Below the pieces are notes generated by a model. The model made no database searches and was not told where the DNA came from. It saw only the letters and a program-made list of their open reading frames with translations. A DNA stretch of 44,713 nucleotides, taken from contig NC_068985.1 of assembly GCF_001194135.2 (NCBI RefSeq), positions 50,128,414 through 50,173,126 of the forward strand. Reading direction: 5' to 3'. Below, piece by piece: positions 12,911 through 24,489 of the stretch; positions within the stretch are counted from its first letter, which is position 1; the number at the start of each line of letters is the position of its first letter. Source of the DNA: Octopus bimaculoides. Taxonomy: Eukaryota. Position numbers and translations under genes: made by a program.

Positions 12911-13080
12911 AAATTTGAAGAAAAAGCAACAAAAATTCAATAGGTTATAGCAATACGTACGTTTCGTACAAACTTCATTTATTTATGTAGTGAGAACACC
13001 ACTACATAAATAAATGAAGTTTGTATGAAACGTATGTACTGCTATAACCTATTGAATTTTTGTTGCTTTTCTTCAAATTT
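12911..13080. repeat. Near-perfect long palindrome (arms of about 82 bp, 7-nt loop)
   Basis: 12911-12992 is the reverse complement of 13000-13080 with 3 substitutions and 1 indel. Confidence 0.95.
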
Positions 13081-13369
13081 TATTCACCAAATGTCTTGAT
13101 TTTGTTTTTGGTTTTACCCTACCAAATTCTGGTGCCTCAAACATTTTAAGTACCACATTTAATCTTTTGATTAAATTTATATTATTATTCTGTTTCTATA
13201 ACATATATATAATGGCTTGCATGAGTCTACCAGCTTATCTGTGCTCACCACACCACACCACACTTCACCTGCATGCATTTTACAATCCATTTTTCACTTA
13301 AAGACAAAATCTCTTTGTTACTAGCAGAGGTAACAGCTCTCTGAATTTTTCCCATCCTATTCTAATTGT

Positions 13370-13745
13370 GGCTACAATACTTTCAGAACCCCATTCCCAT
13401 CCTTGTTGTTGATTAGCTCATCTAGGTAACAGAAGCTTTCTACTACACCTAATGAGCTTCCCAGGCACTTGAAACAATTCATTTCATATGATCTTTTACT
13501 GTTTGCTACTATTATACATCTGTTACATATGAGTTTATTCCTTTCTGTTAGTCTGCCTTTGATTCCGTCGCATCTTCTGTGTGCCCATAGTTTACTTTGG
13601 TACATAGTATAGAATTTCTACCTTCACCTTTTCTGCATATTTGGAATGACACCTGCCTGTATTGATTTACTGTGTGAGTGATTAGTGTATGTCCCACAGT
13701 GCCATTTATTTTCAGCATCTCAACAACTATCCCTGCTGGTCCAGC
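13370..13745 (-). mobile_element. RTE LINE RT fragment
   Basis: KAAGPAGIVVEMLK and LICNRC..SLGVVESFCYLDELI motifs on the minus strand. Confidence 0.7.
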
Positions 13746-14039
13746 TGCTTTCTTTGTCTTCATACATACATACACACACACATACATACAGACAGACATA
13801 CAGACATGCATACATACATTGCTGAACAATTCTTTCTGCATATACTTAAGCAGAAAGTAAATATGTGTGTGTGTGTGTGTGTGTATGATATATATTACAG
13901 ATATATTTCACACACAGATACACATTCACAAAACATTTGTTTTACTTATTCAATCATTCATTGAGTCTTTCCATTCTGTTGTTATTTTAAAAGAATTTTT
14001 AAGAAACAACCTAAAATTTATATCATCATCATCATCATC

Positions 14040-14400
14040 ATCATCGTTTAACGTCCGCTTTCCATGCTAGCATGGGTTGGACGATTTGACTGAGGACTGG
14101 TGAAACCGGATGGCAACACCAGGCTCCAGTCTGATTTGGCAGAGTTTCTACAGCTGGATGCCCTTCCTAACGCCAACCACTCAGAGAGTGTAGTGGGTGC
14201 TTTTACGTGTCACCCGCACGAAAACGGCCACGCTCGAAATGGTGTCTTTTATGTGCNNNNNNNNNNNNNNNNNNNNNNNNNNNNNNNNNNNNNNNNNNNN
14301 NNNNNNNNNNNNNNNNNNNNNNNNNNNNNNNNNNNCATGTGCCACCCGCACAAGAACCAGTCCAGGGGCACTGGCAACGTTCTTACTTGGCTTGCCGGGT
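14040..14400 (-). mobile_element. Young-looking RTE 3' UTR tail with a minisatellite collapsed into an N gap
   Basis: (TCA)n + tttaacgtccgctttccatgctagcatggg...; gccacccgcac units on both sides of the gap. Confidence 0.8.
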
Positions 14401-14407
14401 CTTCTCA

Positions 14408-14438
<31 letters not shown>

Positions 14439-14509
14439 TTGTATGTGTGTGTGTGTTTGTATGTGTGTGTGTGTATGTGTGTGTGTGTTCATGTGTGTGT
14501 GTCTTTGTA

Positions 14510-15412
14510 TACCAGGCGGAATGAAAAGGTTCCCAGACTAGATATGTTTAATAAAAAATACCTTATTTATCTAAGTTTTAACATTATCTCCTTCAAAATA
14601 GACACATGGCACAGCAATACACTGGTCCCAGCATTCTTGCCACTTTTGGAATCCAGCCTAGAAGTTGTTTTCCATAAGCAAATTGAGGACCTTCTGCAAT
14701 TCACTCTGGATCTTGACAATGGTGTTAAAACAGTGACTCTTGAGCTGCATTTTCATCTTGTGGGGAAGAGATGGAAGTCTGCAGGTGCTAAATCTGACGA
14801 ATAGGGTGGGTGCAGAAGTGATACCATGTTGATTTTGACAAGAGACCCATGAGTGAGGAGAGCTTAGTGAAAAATTCAATTCTTTGCACTCTACAAATCT
14901 GGTCGCTTTCACTGGATGTCCTCTTTTGAATGCTTCAAACCATTGCAGTAGAACTCCCAATTGATGGTCTGACCCTGGGAGATGAACTCTCAATGCACAA
15001 TACCACATTTCTGGGGATGAATCTCATGGCAGGTCTTCCAGATCACTCATTGTCTTCCAAGGACATTATTCTGCTTTTGAAGTGTCTGTGCCACTCGAAA
15101 CATTGCGTATGACCCATTGCCTCATCATCGTAAGCTTGTCAAAGCATGCTCAATGTCTCTGTAGTAGACTTCCCAAGTTTAAGGCAAAATTTCATGTTGG
15201 CTCTTTGTTCCTGTTCATGACAAAATCGTAGACTACAGCATACACATGACCACAAAAATACAAATTCCACAACTTGCTAAGTAAACAGCGATGTCACTCA
15301 GAACACTGCCTCACCAAAGCAACTGCTAGCTCTCACTGCACATGCAACCATGTGCTGCCATCTGTTGGCATGCTACGGAACTAGTCCAGGAACTTTTTGA
15401 TACCACCTCATA
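14510..15412 (-). mobile_element. Internally deleted mariner element with both TIRs
   Basis: Diverged TIRs of about 32 bp flanked by TA. Minus strand gives EQRANMKFCLKLGKSTTETL..CFEWH..F..SGRP (N-terminus) and PHPPYSSDLAPADFHLFP (C-terminus), with stops. Confidence 0.9.
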
Positions 15413-16877
15413 TATATACACACCCACACACATGCACACATATATCAATGATATTTTCTTCATGATTGCAAGAATGAAATGTATGCAATGTGTGTCTAAA
15501 TATATAAATATCTAAGGTATATAAGTGTAAGCATATCTAAGGTACATAAGTGTAAGCACATAATAAATCTCAAGGTTTAAAATATTTTTTCCTTTTTGTC
15601 AGAGATAGTTGGAAAGAAGGTACATATATACTAAATGTACCCTCATTCAATGGTATGATTTTAATTTTTAAAATTATATGCTCTAATTTCAGTACAAACA
15701 GTTACTCCTGAAACATACATGCATACATACATACATACACACATACATACATACATACATACATTCTTGCATACAGACACACACATATACATACACACAC
15801 ATATGTATATGCATACACATATACATGTACATATACATTCATAAATATATACCTATACTGGGACACGTTATAAGATATATACATACAAATCTCTTTTTCT
15901 CTCTAGTATTTCAGACAGTATGGAATGCAGATGGAATATTTGTCTGAAGGCAGTGGGTAGAGAGGGAGTTCCAAAAGTCAAGATTGTATTGGCGCTCTTA
16001 TCCATTCCTGATATTGACTACATTTTCTTAGCTATTAAGCTAATGATACCATGTAACTGAGCTCGACTCTTTTACATGTTCATACATGCGTACATGTGAA
16101 TGTCTATGCATGTGCTTGTGAGTCTATGCATTTGTGTGTATGTGTGTATGTATATGTGAGCATGTGTGTATGATGTATATATGTATGTAAGCACATATGC
16201 ATATTTGTACGTGTGTGGGTGTGTGTTTCTGTGTCAGTGTCTGTGTCTATGTGTATGTGTGTATGCATATGTGTGCATGTGTGTGTGTGTATTATCATCA
16301 TCATCGTCGTCATCATTATCCTCATCATTTAACATTCACATTCCATGCTGTGGCTTATGTACAGCTTTAGGAAGTTTCCAAGGCAAACTTCCTAAAGCTA
16401 TACATAAGCCACAACTTCATGAATGTGTCTGTGGCTTTTGATTGGCTAAAATTACTTAAAATTTGCAAACTTTAAAAACCTATTATCTCTTTATTGATTT
16501 ATGGCAAAAATGAATTTCATAACAATGATTAGCATACAAAATTATATCACTATACCTAATATGAAATCAATTAGAATTGATAAGTGGCAGCCAAACAGAA
16601 AAGATCCCAAACATGTTTTGGTCACTTCTCTCACTCTTTAACCCTTCATCCCAAAGTGTAAAACTTCTCCCTCTCTACTGTAGCCCCACTCAGTCAAAGG
16701 GGATTTTAGTTTTGTAGGCTGCATGGTGACCTCACTAGTGCTGGATCCACGAAAGAAAAGCACCCAGAACATACTGGTAAGTGACTAACATTAGGGAGGG
16801 CGCTAAGCTATAGAAACACTGGAGCATGGTGCAGTCCTAACCCTAACCCTAATCTTTTGAAACCATTTAACATGAAG

Positions 16878-16945
16878 TGTTGTTGCTGCTGTTGCTGCTA
16901 CTGCTGCTGCTGATGCTGATGATGCTGATGAGGATGATAATGAGG

Positions 16946-16988
<43 letters not shown>

Positions 16989-17028
16989 GGATGATGATGG
17001 TGACGATGACAATAATGATGAGGATGAT
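16878..17028. repeat. (GCT)n/(GAT)n compound trinucleotide repeat
   Basis: Direct reading; source of the poly-S/A ORF. Confidence 0.95.
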
Positions 17029-17313
17029 GCAAAAAGCACTCAAAACTGTTAAGTAGAGTGAAGTAATGTTTATTCAAAGTTGAGATAGTATGAGTTGCTA
17101 CTTGGAGTTTTACATTTCCATTCCTTAGTTGACTGTGTATCCATACTTACAACTGGCTTTAAATACAAATCTGGCCTTCTTTAGATCAGCTGACAATTGG
17201 AGTCAATTTGTGCAGAGTCTCTTGGTTACTGGTGGATAGGGGAGAAGAGAGGAAAAGATGGCAAAAGAAAGAATGAGAAAGAGGTGGAGACACAAAGAGA
17301 TAGGCAAAATGGT

Positions 17314-17400
17314 GAAGAAGAAGAAGAAGAAGAAGAAGAAGAAGAAGAAGAAGAAGAAGAAGAAGAAGAAGAAGAAGAAGAAGAAGAAGAAGAAGAAGAA
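17314..17400. repeat. (GAA)29 perfect trinucleotide repeat
   Basis: Direct reading; source of the poly-E/K/F/L/S ORFs. Confidence 0.97.
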
Positions 17401-18029
17401 GGTGGTGGTCGTGGTTGTGGTGGCATTGGCAATGCCAATGATGACTCTGATGATTGGATTGAGGGAAGAACAAAGCCAACAAAGACAAAAGACTAGAAGA
17501 AAAAGAGTATTGTGCTTGATGAGGCATGAAGAATTTTTGGCTGGAAAGTTAAAATAAGGTAGCATTAGTCTTATATTGAGATTAATTGTTTTTTTCTGAA
17601 GTTACTGGCTTGTCAGTCATCAGTTTGAAGGATAGTGATTTGGAGCTAGCGTTATGAGCATCCCCACTCCATACATATGCACATATAAATTCATGAATAT
17701 TCACACACATGCACATACATAGCTACCTACAAAGACACACATACAAGTGCATGCTTAACCATACAATTACATGTATTCTTGGACATACCTTGCCTCCCGC
17801 TCTCCCTCTCTCCTTTCTATTTCTCTCTCTCCCCCACAAATGCACACATATATATGGATAAATAGTAATAGATACATGAATATATGAGTGTGTGTGTATA
17901 AATTATACATGCATGCATATATACATATATACATTAATATATACTCATACATATGAGCAAGTATAAATCATCTGTGTGCACACACACACACACACACATA
18001 TACATATATATAGAAGTATGTATGTCTCT

Positions 18030-18585
18030 TCTATTTTTTTATTATAAATCTTACACTGGAGGAAGCTGGTTTGCAACAAAGATATAAGGCTCCATCTTTG
18101 GAATGTAGTTAACACAGACAAATTCACATTTGGAACTTGAGAAAAGTCTTGCATATCTTTACTGTTCTACTCACAGATTGCACTTGTAATGTACGAGTTT
18201 GCTGTTCGATTTCTCTTTCTGGAAATCCCAGTTTATCCAGATTCTCCTTTAAGCATTTACTAACAAAACCTAGTTCTCTAATTATTATTGGTATGAATAT
18301 GAATTCATAGTCTGGATATAGAAACTGGAGGTTTCGAAGTAGTTGTCCATAGATATCTTCTTTTTCTTTGATTTTCAAAGAGATATTTATATCTGCAGGG
18401 CAGCTGACCTCTATGATGGTACATATCTTTGCCCCTCTGTCCCAAACAACAATATTCGGTCTGTTATGTTTGCGTTTGACAGAAATTTTAATGGGAATAT
18501 TCTACCAGTATTCCTTGCATTGGTGTTTATGAATGTATTCCATAACAGAGGGATTTCCTAAGTTTATTTCAGGACAGTCTAGGCA
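18030..18585 (-). mobile_element. R4/Dong-like non-LTR retrotransposon, 3' end with RLE domain
   Basis: Minus strand reads KEYW*NIPI..KHNRPNIVVWDRGAKICTIIEVSCPADINISLKIKEKEDIYGQL..IPIII..LG..VKICKTFLKFQM*, then a 3' UTR with AATAAA. PD-(D/E)xK layout with PD changed to PN. Confidence 0.85.
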
Positions 18586-18860
18586 CAGGAGTGGCTGTGT
18601 ATATAGGTGCAGGAGTGGCTGTGTGGTAGTAAGAAACTTGCTTCCCAAGCACATGGTTCTGGTTTCAGTCCCATTGCATGGCACCTATATATATATAGGC
18701 ACAGTCATGGCTGTGTGGTAAGAAGATTGCTTCATAACCATATGGTTCCAGGTTCAGTCTCACTGCATAACACCATGGGCAATTATCTTCTACTATGGCC
18801 TTGGGCCAACCCAAGTCTTGTGAGTGGATTTGGTAGACGAAAAATGAAAGAAGCCTGACG
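18585..18860 (+). mobile_element. Three successive SINE family A 5' heads
   Basis: aggcacaggagtggctgtgt restarts at about 18580, 18605 and 18697. Confidence 0.75.
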
Positions 18861-18915
<55 letters not shown>

Positions 18916-19444
18916 ACATACATATGTATACACACACACACATCATATATATATAAAACACATATGCATACACACATACATTCACACTCAGATAAATATG
19001 CATGTATACAAACTCATCACACATACATAATAATAATAACTTTATCACATCAAATGATAGCTCACATTGAGGTGATGAGACAGACATCTGTAAATTGCAG
19101 TGATGTAGGCATATATCACAACATGACATGCATACCTCTCTCTAGGTATCTAGAATTAAAGAGCCATGACAGACAAATGGTAAGGTAACTGGTAACTATT
19201 TCAACAGAATGTTTTATTTTTCCTATAAAAATAATACCTACAAGTGAAGGCTTGATTTGGGAGGTTTATTTCACCAATTGAATTTATTGCACATCCAGAA
19301 GTAAACCAAGAGATTTTCTGGTGCCCACACAATACACACACACACACACACATGCACATGCACACGTACACGCACATGTACACACAGAGACACACACACA
19401 CACACGCGCACACGCACAGAAAAGATGTACTGGAATCACTGGCA

Positions 19445-19700
19445 ATGGAGGCGTATGGCTTCGTGGTTAGGGTGTTGGACTCATGGTCCTAAGATTGTGG
19501 TTTTGTCTCCTGCACTGGGCGGCACATCGTGTTCTTGAGCAAAACACTTCATTTCATGTTGTTCCAATTCACTCACCTGGCAAAAATGAGTGACCCTGTG
19601 ATGGACTGGTGTCTCATTCAGGTGGGGAATATATATACATCAGAGAAACTAGGAAATCAGCGCTTATGAGTCAGCATGACTGGAGAAGGTAACTTTACTT
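19445..19700 (+). mobile_element. tRNA-derived SINE with V/Meta-type central domain (family C)
   Basis: Head tggcttcgtggttagggtgttggact..., core gtgttcttgagcaaaacact and ccctgtgatggactggtgtctcattcagg. Confidence 0.65.
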
Positions 19701-21090
19701 TAATCACTGGAAGACTATCCAAGAATTTAAGCTTTATATGTAATAGGTGCACTAGAGCAGTACATACAAGCACATATGAAATTAAGTCTCCTAAATGTCG
19801 AGATGGTTCATTAGAAGTAGTTGATAGCTTTTGTTATCTAGATGTAATTAGCAAGAGAGGTGGTTACTCTGAAAGTATAGTTACTAGAGTAAGAACTGGT
19901 TGGAAGAAATTCAGGGAGCTAAGACCACTGCCAACAACAAAGACCTTTTCTCTAAGAATGAAGGGCAGATTGTACAATGCATGTTAGAACTGCAATGTTG
20001 CATGGTAGTGAGACATTAGCTTTGAATGTAAAGGACTTGAGAAGACTGGAAAGAAATGAAGTGAGCATGCTCTGTTGGATGTGCAACATGAACGTGAGCA
20101 AAAGAATTAGTTTAAAGGTGCTGAATGAAAGACTAATATAGGAATCAGATGTGTTCAAGAAAGAAATCTGAGATGGTATGGTCTTGTGATGCTTAAGGAT
20201 GAGGAGAGTCTTATAAAGAAATGCTATTTGTTTAATGCGGCTGGAACCTGCTGAAAAGGAAGACCTAGGAAGATATGGGATGAAGTGGTGAAAGCTGACC
20301 TCAAGACTTTGAGTCTGATGGATGAAAAGACAAAGGACTGGAATTTCTGATGATATGGGACTCTCAAAAAGGCTCACCCACCTCAGCAGAACTGAGTTCA
20401 GGAAGCACTATATTTTGGGTTCTCCACCCATTACAGTGACTCCCTCCACTTGTGCTCTATGTCTGTCTCTTCCCCCTCCTTCTCTCTTGTTTTGCACTCA
20501 CCAGCAACTGTATCATCATTACTACTCCGAATACTCACTGATCCCCACTCTTCAGCATCCCTCTCATCCCCAGCTCATAACTTTTGTCTTATCCTCCCTT
20601 CAACCCCACTTTTTGGCAGTCTTCCCCCTCCCTCCCATTCCATACAATCTTATAAACCACTATACACTTCTATTCTACTCAGCTTGTGCCTTGTGGTGTT
20701 ACCTGGGCATTTTATCTCCATTATATATGTCTTGCAGCTCTTACTGGTCATTTTCTTTTCTTCCTCACCCACATTTTGTTTCCTATTATATGAGTAGCCA
20801 TGCAGATCCCCCTGCAAGAACCTGCTCTGCTCTTCTCTCTCATGATAATCACTTCATCCCCTAGAATGAAACTCCCCCACCCCACCTAGCCTAGGGCTCA
20901 TAGTCCTGCAAACTGCATGGCAAGCTCAATAATGTAGATGGCACAGGAATATCACCAAGTCCATGCTGGTATTAGGAAGGGTATCCAGCCATGGAAACCA
21001 TGCCAAAGCAGACATTAGTACTCAATGCAGTCCTTGGACACATTAGTTCCTGTCAAACCATCCAACATGGAACATGAATGTTAACTGATA
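19700..21090 (+). mobile_element. RTE LINE 3' end (ORF end, UTR, tail)
   Basis: FICNRC..LEVVDSFCYL..SESIVTRVRTGWKKFREL..KGRLYNAC; continues AMLHGSET..RLERNEVSML; UTR mirrors 4290-5400. Confidence 0.85.
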
Positions 21091-21099
21091 TATCTATAC

Positions 21100-21225
21100 A
21101 TATGATGAGGTGCTGAAAAGTTCCTGGCTTTGGATAAAAGAAAATACAGGAGGATCAGTTAATTATGATTTTATTTAACATATTGCACTCTCAGATTCAC
21201 ATACTTATTGTAGCAGTTCTTCAGT
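21100..21225. mobile_element. Mariner-type MITE end
   Basis: tgatgaggtgctgaaaagttcctggct resembles the TIR of the 14.5-kb mariner. Confidence 0.5.
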
Positions 21226-21260
21226 TTATACATATGTGTGTGTGTGTGTGTGTGTGTGTA

Positions 21261-21700
21261 TCAGGTTGGTGCAAAAGCAATGTCTGATTTAAAGATCTAA
21301 TGTAAAAATGAATAAGCCAATGACTATGGAAATATTTATTCATTAACATATTCTCCATTACTTTCAGTGACCTCATTCCATCTTTCAACAACCTTATAAA
21401 TGCCTCGCTTGTAAAATTCTGTAGGTTTAGAACCAAAATATGAATCCAACTTATTTTCAATCTCTTCTCTTGTTGTTAACCTAAGGCCATCAAAATGGTT
21501 CTGTCCTCAGAACAAATGGTAATCAGAAGGAGCAAGGTCAGGAGAATATGGAGGATGAGGCAGTATTTCCCAACCAAGTTCTTCCGAGAGAATTTTGGTC
21601 AGTTGGGCTGTGTGAGGACAAGCATTATAGTGATGGAAGATGACACCCTTTCTGTTAACCAAGAATGCTTGCTTTTGGCTCAGAACTGTTTTCAACCCTG
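21261..21700 (-). mobile_element. Hsmar1-like mariner 3' fragment
   Basis: TA + tcaggttggtgcaaaag TIR; minus-strand RKGVIFHHYNACPH..LGWEILPHPPYSPDLAPSDYHLF. Confidence 0.88.
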
Positions 21701-21756
21701 CTCCCGAGTACTACCGAGTACCTCAGCTAGTACATATATATATATCTATCTATCTA

Positions 21757-21805
<49 letters not shown>

Positions 21806-21826
21806 ATAGTATATTAGCATTTGTGA

Positions 21827-22301
21827 TCTACACAAAATGATTTTCCAGGACATTTACTCCAGTCTAAGGTGTTATAAACAATACATCCAAGTTAGGTTGG
21901 ATGTGCTAATAAATATTCATTATTAAAGCTACTTCTGTCATTAATCACTAATGTATACATGGCCCGCTAACTTTTCAAAACACCACTGGTTGTTCAGTCA
22001 GTATTAGTGTATATCCGTTTGACTGATTTTCTGTTTGATATATGGCTTGGCTAGCTGCTGCTGCTGATCCATACTACAGTGAATTGATGTGATATGGTAG
22101 TGCCATTCACTAGTTCTGACAAAACTTCATCAACCTATAATAGAATTTAGATGCTTTTTATTGTTTGTTGTCTACACAAAATGACTTTTCAGGATGTTTA
22201 CAGCAGTCTAAGATATTATAAACAACACATCCAAGTTAGGCTGGGTGTGTTAATTAATATTCATTACAAAAGCTACTTCTGTCGTTAATAGCTAATCTAT
22301 A
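21827..22301. repeat. Two diverged direct copies of a 131-bp segment (21827-21957 and 22171-22301)
   Basis: Gap-free alignment by eye, roughly 80-85% identity; both keep the acatccaa-gttagg-(t/c)tgg(a/g)tgt hairpin. Confidence 0.9.
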
Positions 22302-22314
22302 TGAAAGCATTGCA

Positions 22315-22415
22315 TTCCTGAAAATTTTGCCATAATATAGAATTTTCTAATGTGAAACCCATTGACCTCATATTGACTTTCATGTTATTCTGCATTATGG
22401 TTAGATTTTCAGGAA
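22315..22415 (+). other. Extended imperfect hairpin of about 100 nt
   Basis: ttcctgaaaat/attttcaggaa, ccataat/attatgg, tagaat/attctg, aatgtgaaa/tttcatgtt; G-U pairs on the + strand. Confidence 0.6.
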
Positions 22416-23044
22416 CACAACACTTCTGTAAGGCAGGGGATGCTATATAAGAAATTGATACTATTAGTGCTAACATTTAATTAAAAAGTTAATTAGAAAT
22501 ATATGTACAGTGATAAAAAAAAGCTGTTAAATAATGATTAAGGATATTTTCATTTATTCTGCAAGTATGGGAGATAACTTCTGTTATGTTTTGGATTTAT
22601 TCAACCTCAAGAGTAAAACAGTCATGATATTTACTGAAAGATTGACTTTATTAAATTATGATAGTTGTTAAAATATGACAACAGAAAGATTCCTTGGTTA
22701 GCACACATTTTATTTGTTGTAAATGTAATATCATGAACACAATAACAATGCAATGGAGTGTTACAGTATATATATATATGCATACATGAACACATATACA
22801 CACATAGACATATGTATATTTCTTCTTTGAGTTTTATATAAGTTCTTAAGAAAGTGCAAGTAGGTCGCTGACAAAGCAATAGGACTTCTCAAGTTAAGTC
22901 AGTTCTCAATCTTTATAACAACCAATTTAGTTCATAATATTAACTAGTTCAGTATCTCTAAAATTAACAAGCACACCGAATGTAACCTTAATTTCAGGCT
23001 AAACACAGTACGTATACTTATTAATATAGTAACGAACTTACGAG

Positions 23045-23260
23045 AGCTGCAAGCTGGCAGAACCGTTAGCACTCCGGGCGAAAAGCTTAGCGGCATTTCG
23101 TCCGTCTTTACGTTCTAAGTTCAAATTCCGCCGGGGTCGACTTTGCCTTTCATTCTTTCAGGGAGGATAAAATAAGTACCATTTGCACACTGTGGTTAAT
23201 TTAATCGACTTAACCCCCACTCCGAAATTACTGGCCTTGTGTCAAAATTTGAAACCAGTA
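23045..23260 (+). mobile_element. Nin/Deu-domain SINE (family B)
   Basis: agctggcagaaccgttagc...gttcaaattccgcc...ctttgcctttcattctttcagggaggataaaataagtacc. Confidence 0.8.
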
Positions 23261-23439
23261 TAGTAACGGAACCTAGAAGCAGATGTAGATTCCACAATTC
23301 AAACTATACCTAGCGATCCTGAGAATAAAAGTAGAAATAGTGACTCAATCCTTTCATCACTCAGCCTAAAAGTAACAGTATAGAAAAAAACTAAAGACAA
23401 AATAACGTGAGCAGTTCGAGGAATAGAGGATATGTTGGT

Positions 23440-24063
23440 ATAAACTTTACTTATACAAACCAAAGCACAAGGAGTACTAACAAGTAATCTTTTCCTGTCG
23501 CATGATTTCCGACTTCCGCAAGCAACATTAATAGCCTGAGTTTAAATTTAGTGAAGTGAACGTGTATTTGCAAAGCTGATTTAATTTCTGCCAACATTGG
23601 CTTCAAGTATGTAATTTCAACCAATAACTGAGCCTGGTTGCAGTTTATTTTCATTCAGCGTCTGGCGGTCGTCTTAGAGGTGCCCCGTGTCAAAAAATAT
23701 CATTTGTAGCAGACGTTTTCTCGACATCGTTCACACGCGCCTGGAGTTGGGCTCAGAAGTTACAACCCGAATTGTTAGCTATAAACGGAAAAATTAAAAG
23801 TAATTCAAATTCAATGTTCTCTTGAAACAATAAATTTCTATAGAGATTAGGATTTAAATTCCAATCTATAAAAACTTTCCTTTCTACAATATTCTTAAAG
23901 GAACGAAAAATTATCCAGCAACTTGGACTAATACGAACGAGCCTGGTAGGTGTAAAAGATTAACTGGCATCTCCTGTCAAGAGTACAGGCAACAGTCAGA
24001 TCGCTGTTGTTTGTTATTTGATTGCTGTTATTTTGTGCGTCTGTGTTTTGTTGTGTTTTGCAG
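23440..24063. promoter_or_regulatory. Probable divergent (bidirectional) promoter
   Basis: Non-repeat, locally CpG-enriched. Paired ETS-type motifs atttccg/acttccg at 23505-23519, CCAAT words, a minus-strand donor-like GTAAAG near 23450 and a plus-strand exon at 24094. Confidence 0.4.
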
Positions 24064-24093
24064 CGTTGCTTTATTTTTACTATTAACTTAAAA

Positions 24094-24184
24094 ATGGAGA
24101 AAGACTTAGTGTTAAATATAAAAAATAACAAAAAAACCATTTGGGCAAGAAATATTGCGGAAAAACGAGAAATACTTCGAGCAG
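24094..24184 (+). CDS. Candidate coding exon of an unidentified gene: MEKDLVLNIKNNKKTIWARNIAEKREILRA, phase 1
   Basis: AAAAATGG start context, strong donor CAG|GTATGT at 24184/24185 and an acceptor (tgttttgcag) at 24063. No family recognised and no downstream exon found. Confidence 0.4.
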
Positions 24185-24489
24185 GTATGTCTCATGCGGA
24201 ATCTGTGATGAGCCAGAGCAACGCTGATGACCTGGAGTCGCCTCTGATATATATATATATATTGTTGGAATTTACAAAAAACCAAAACAAAAAACGAAGA
24301 CGGATGTGTAAACAACAAACAGATGTATTAGTCTAACGCTCGGGAAGTGAGAAAGTCTTTAACGTTTCGACCCAACAGAAAGGAACACAGAAATAAGCAA
24401 AGAGAGAAAATAGAATAAAGGTTTAGTGGCTAGCGATCATTCTTTTATTCTTTTACTTGTTTCAGTCATTTGACTGCTATTTGGATCCC

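Noticed and set aside
12495-12950. 151-aa plus-strand ORF
   Set aside because: Starts at a non-ATG codon, has AT-rich intergenic composition, and overlaps a minus-strand RTE remnant and the palindrome arm.
16835-16852. cctaaccctaaccctaa as a telomere or telomerase RNA template
   Set aside because: Fewer than three units at the end of a repeat fragment, with no pseudoknot or H/ACA context visible.
17186-17565. Poly-E/K/F/L/S ORFs
   Set aside because: All come from the (GAA)29 repeat, which is open in several frames.
22108-22134. Minus-strand LMKFCQN after an AG, like G-gamma exon 2
   Set aside because: Wrong strand, upstream of exon 1, and followed immediately by a stop.
24205-24247. GTGATGA...CTGATGA...CTGA suggesting a C/D snoRNA
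   Set aside because: Only 43 nt from C to D box, D' and C' overlap, and there is no terminal stem or recognisable rRNA guide.
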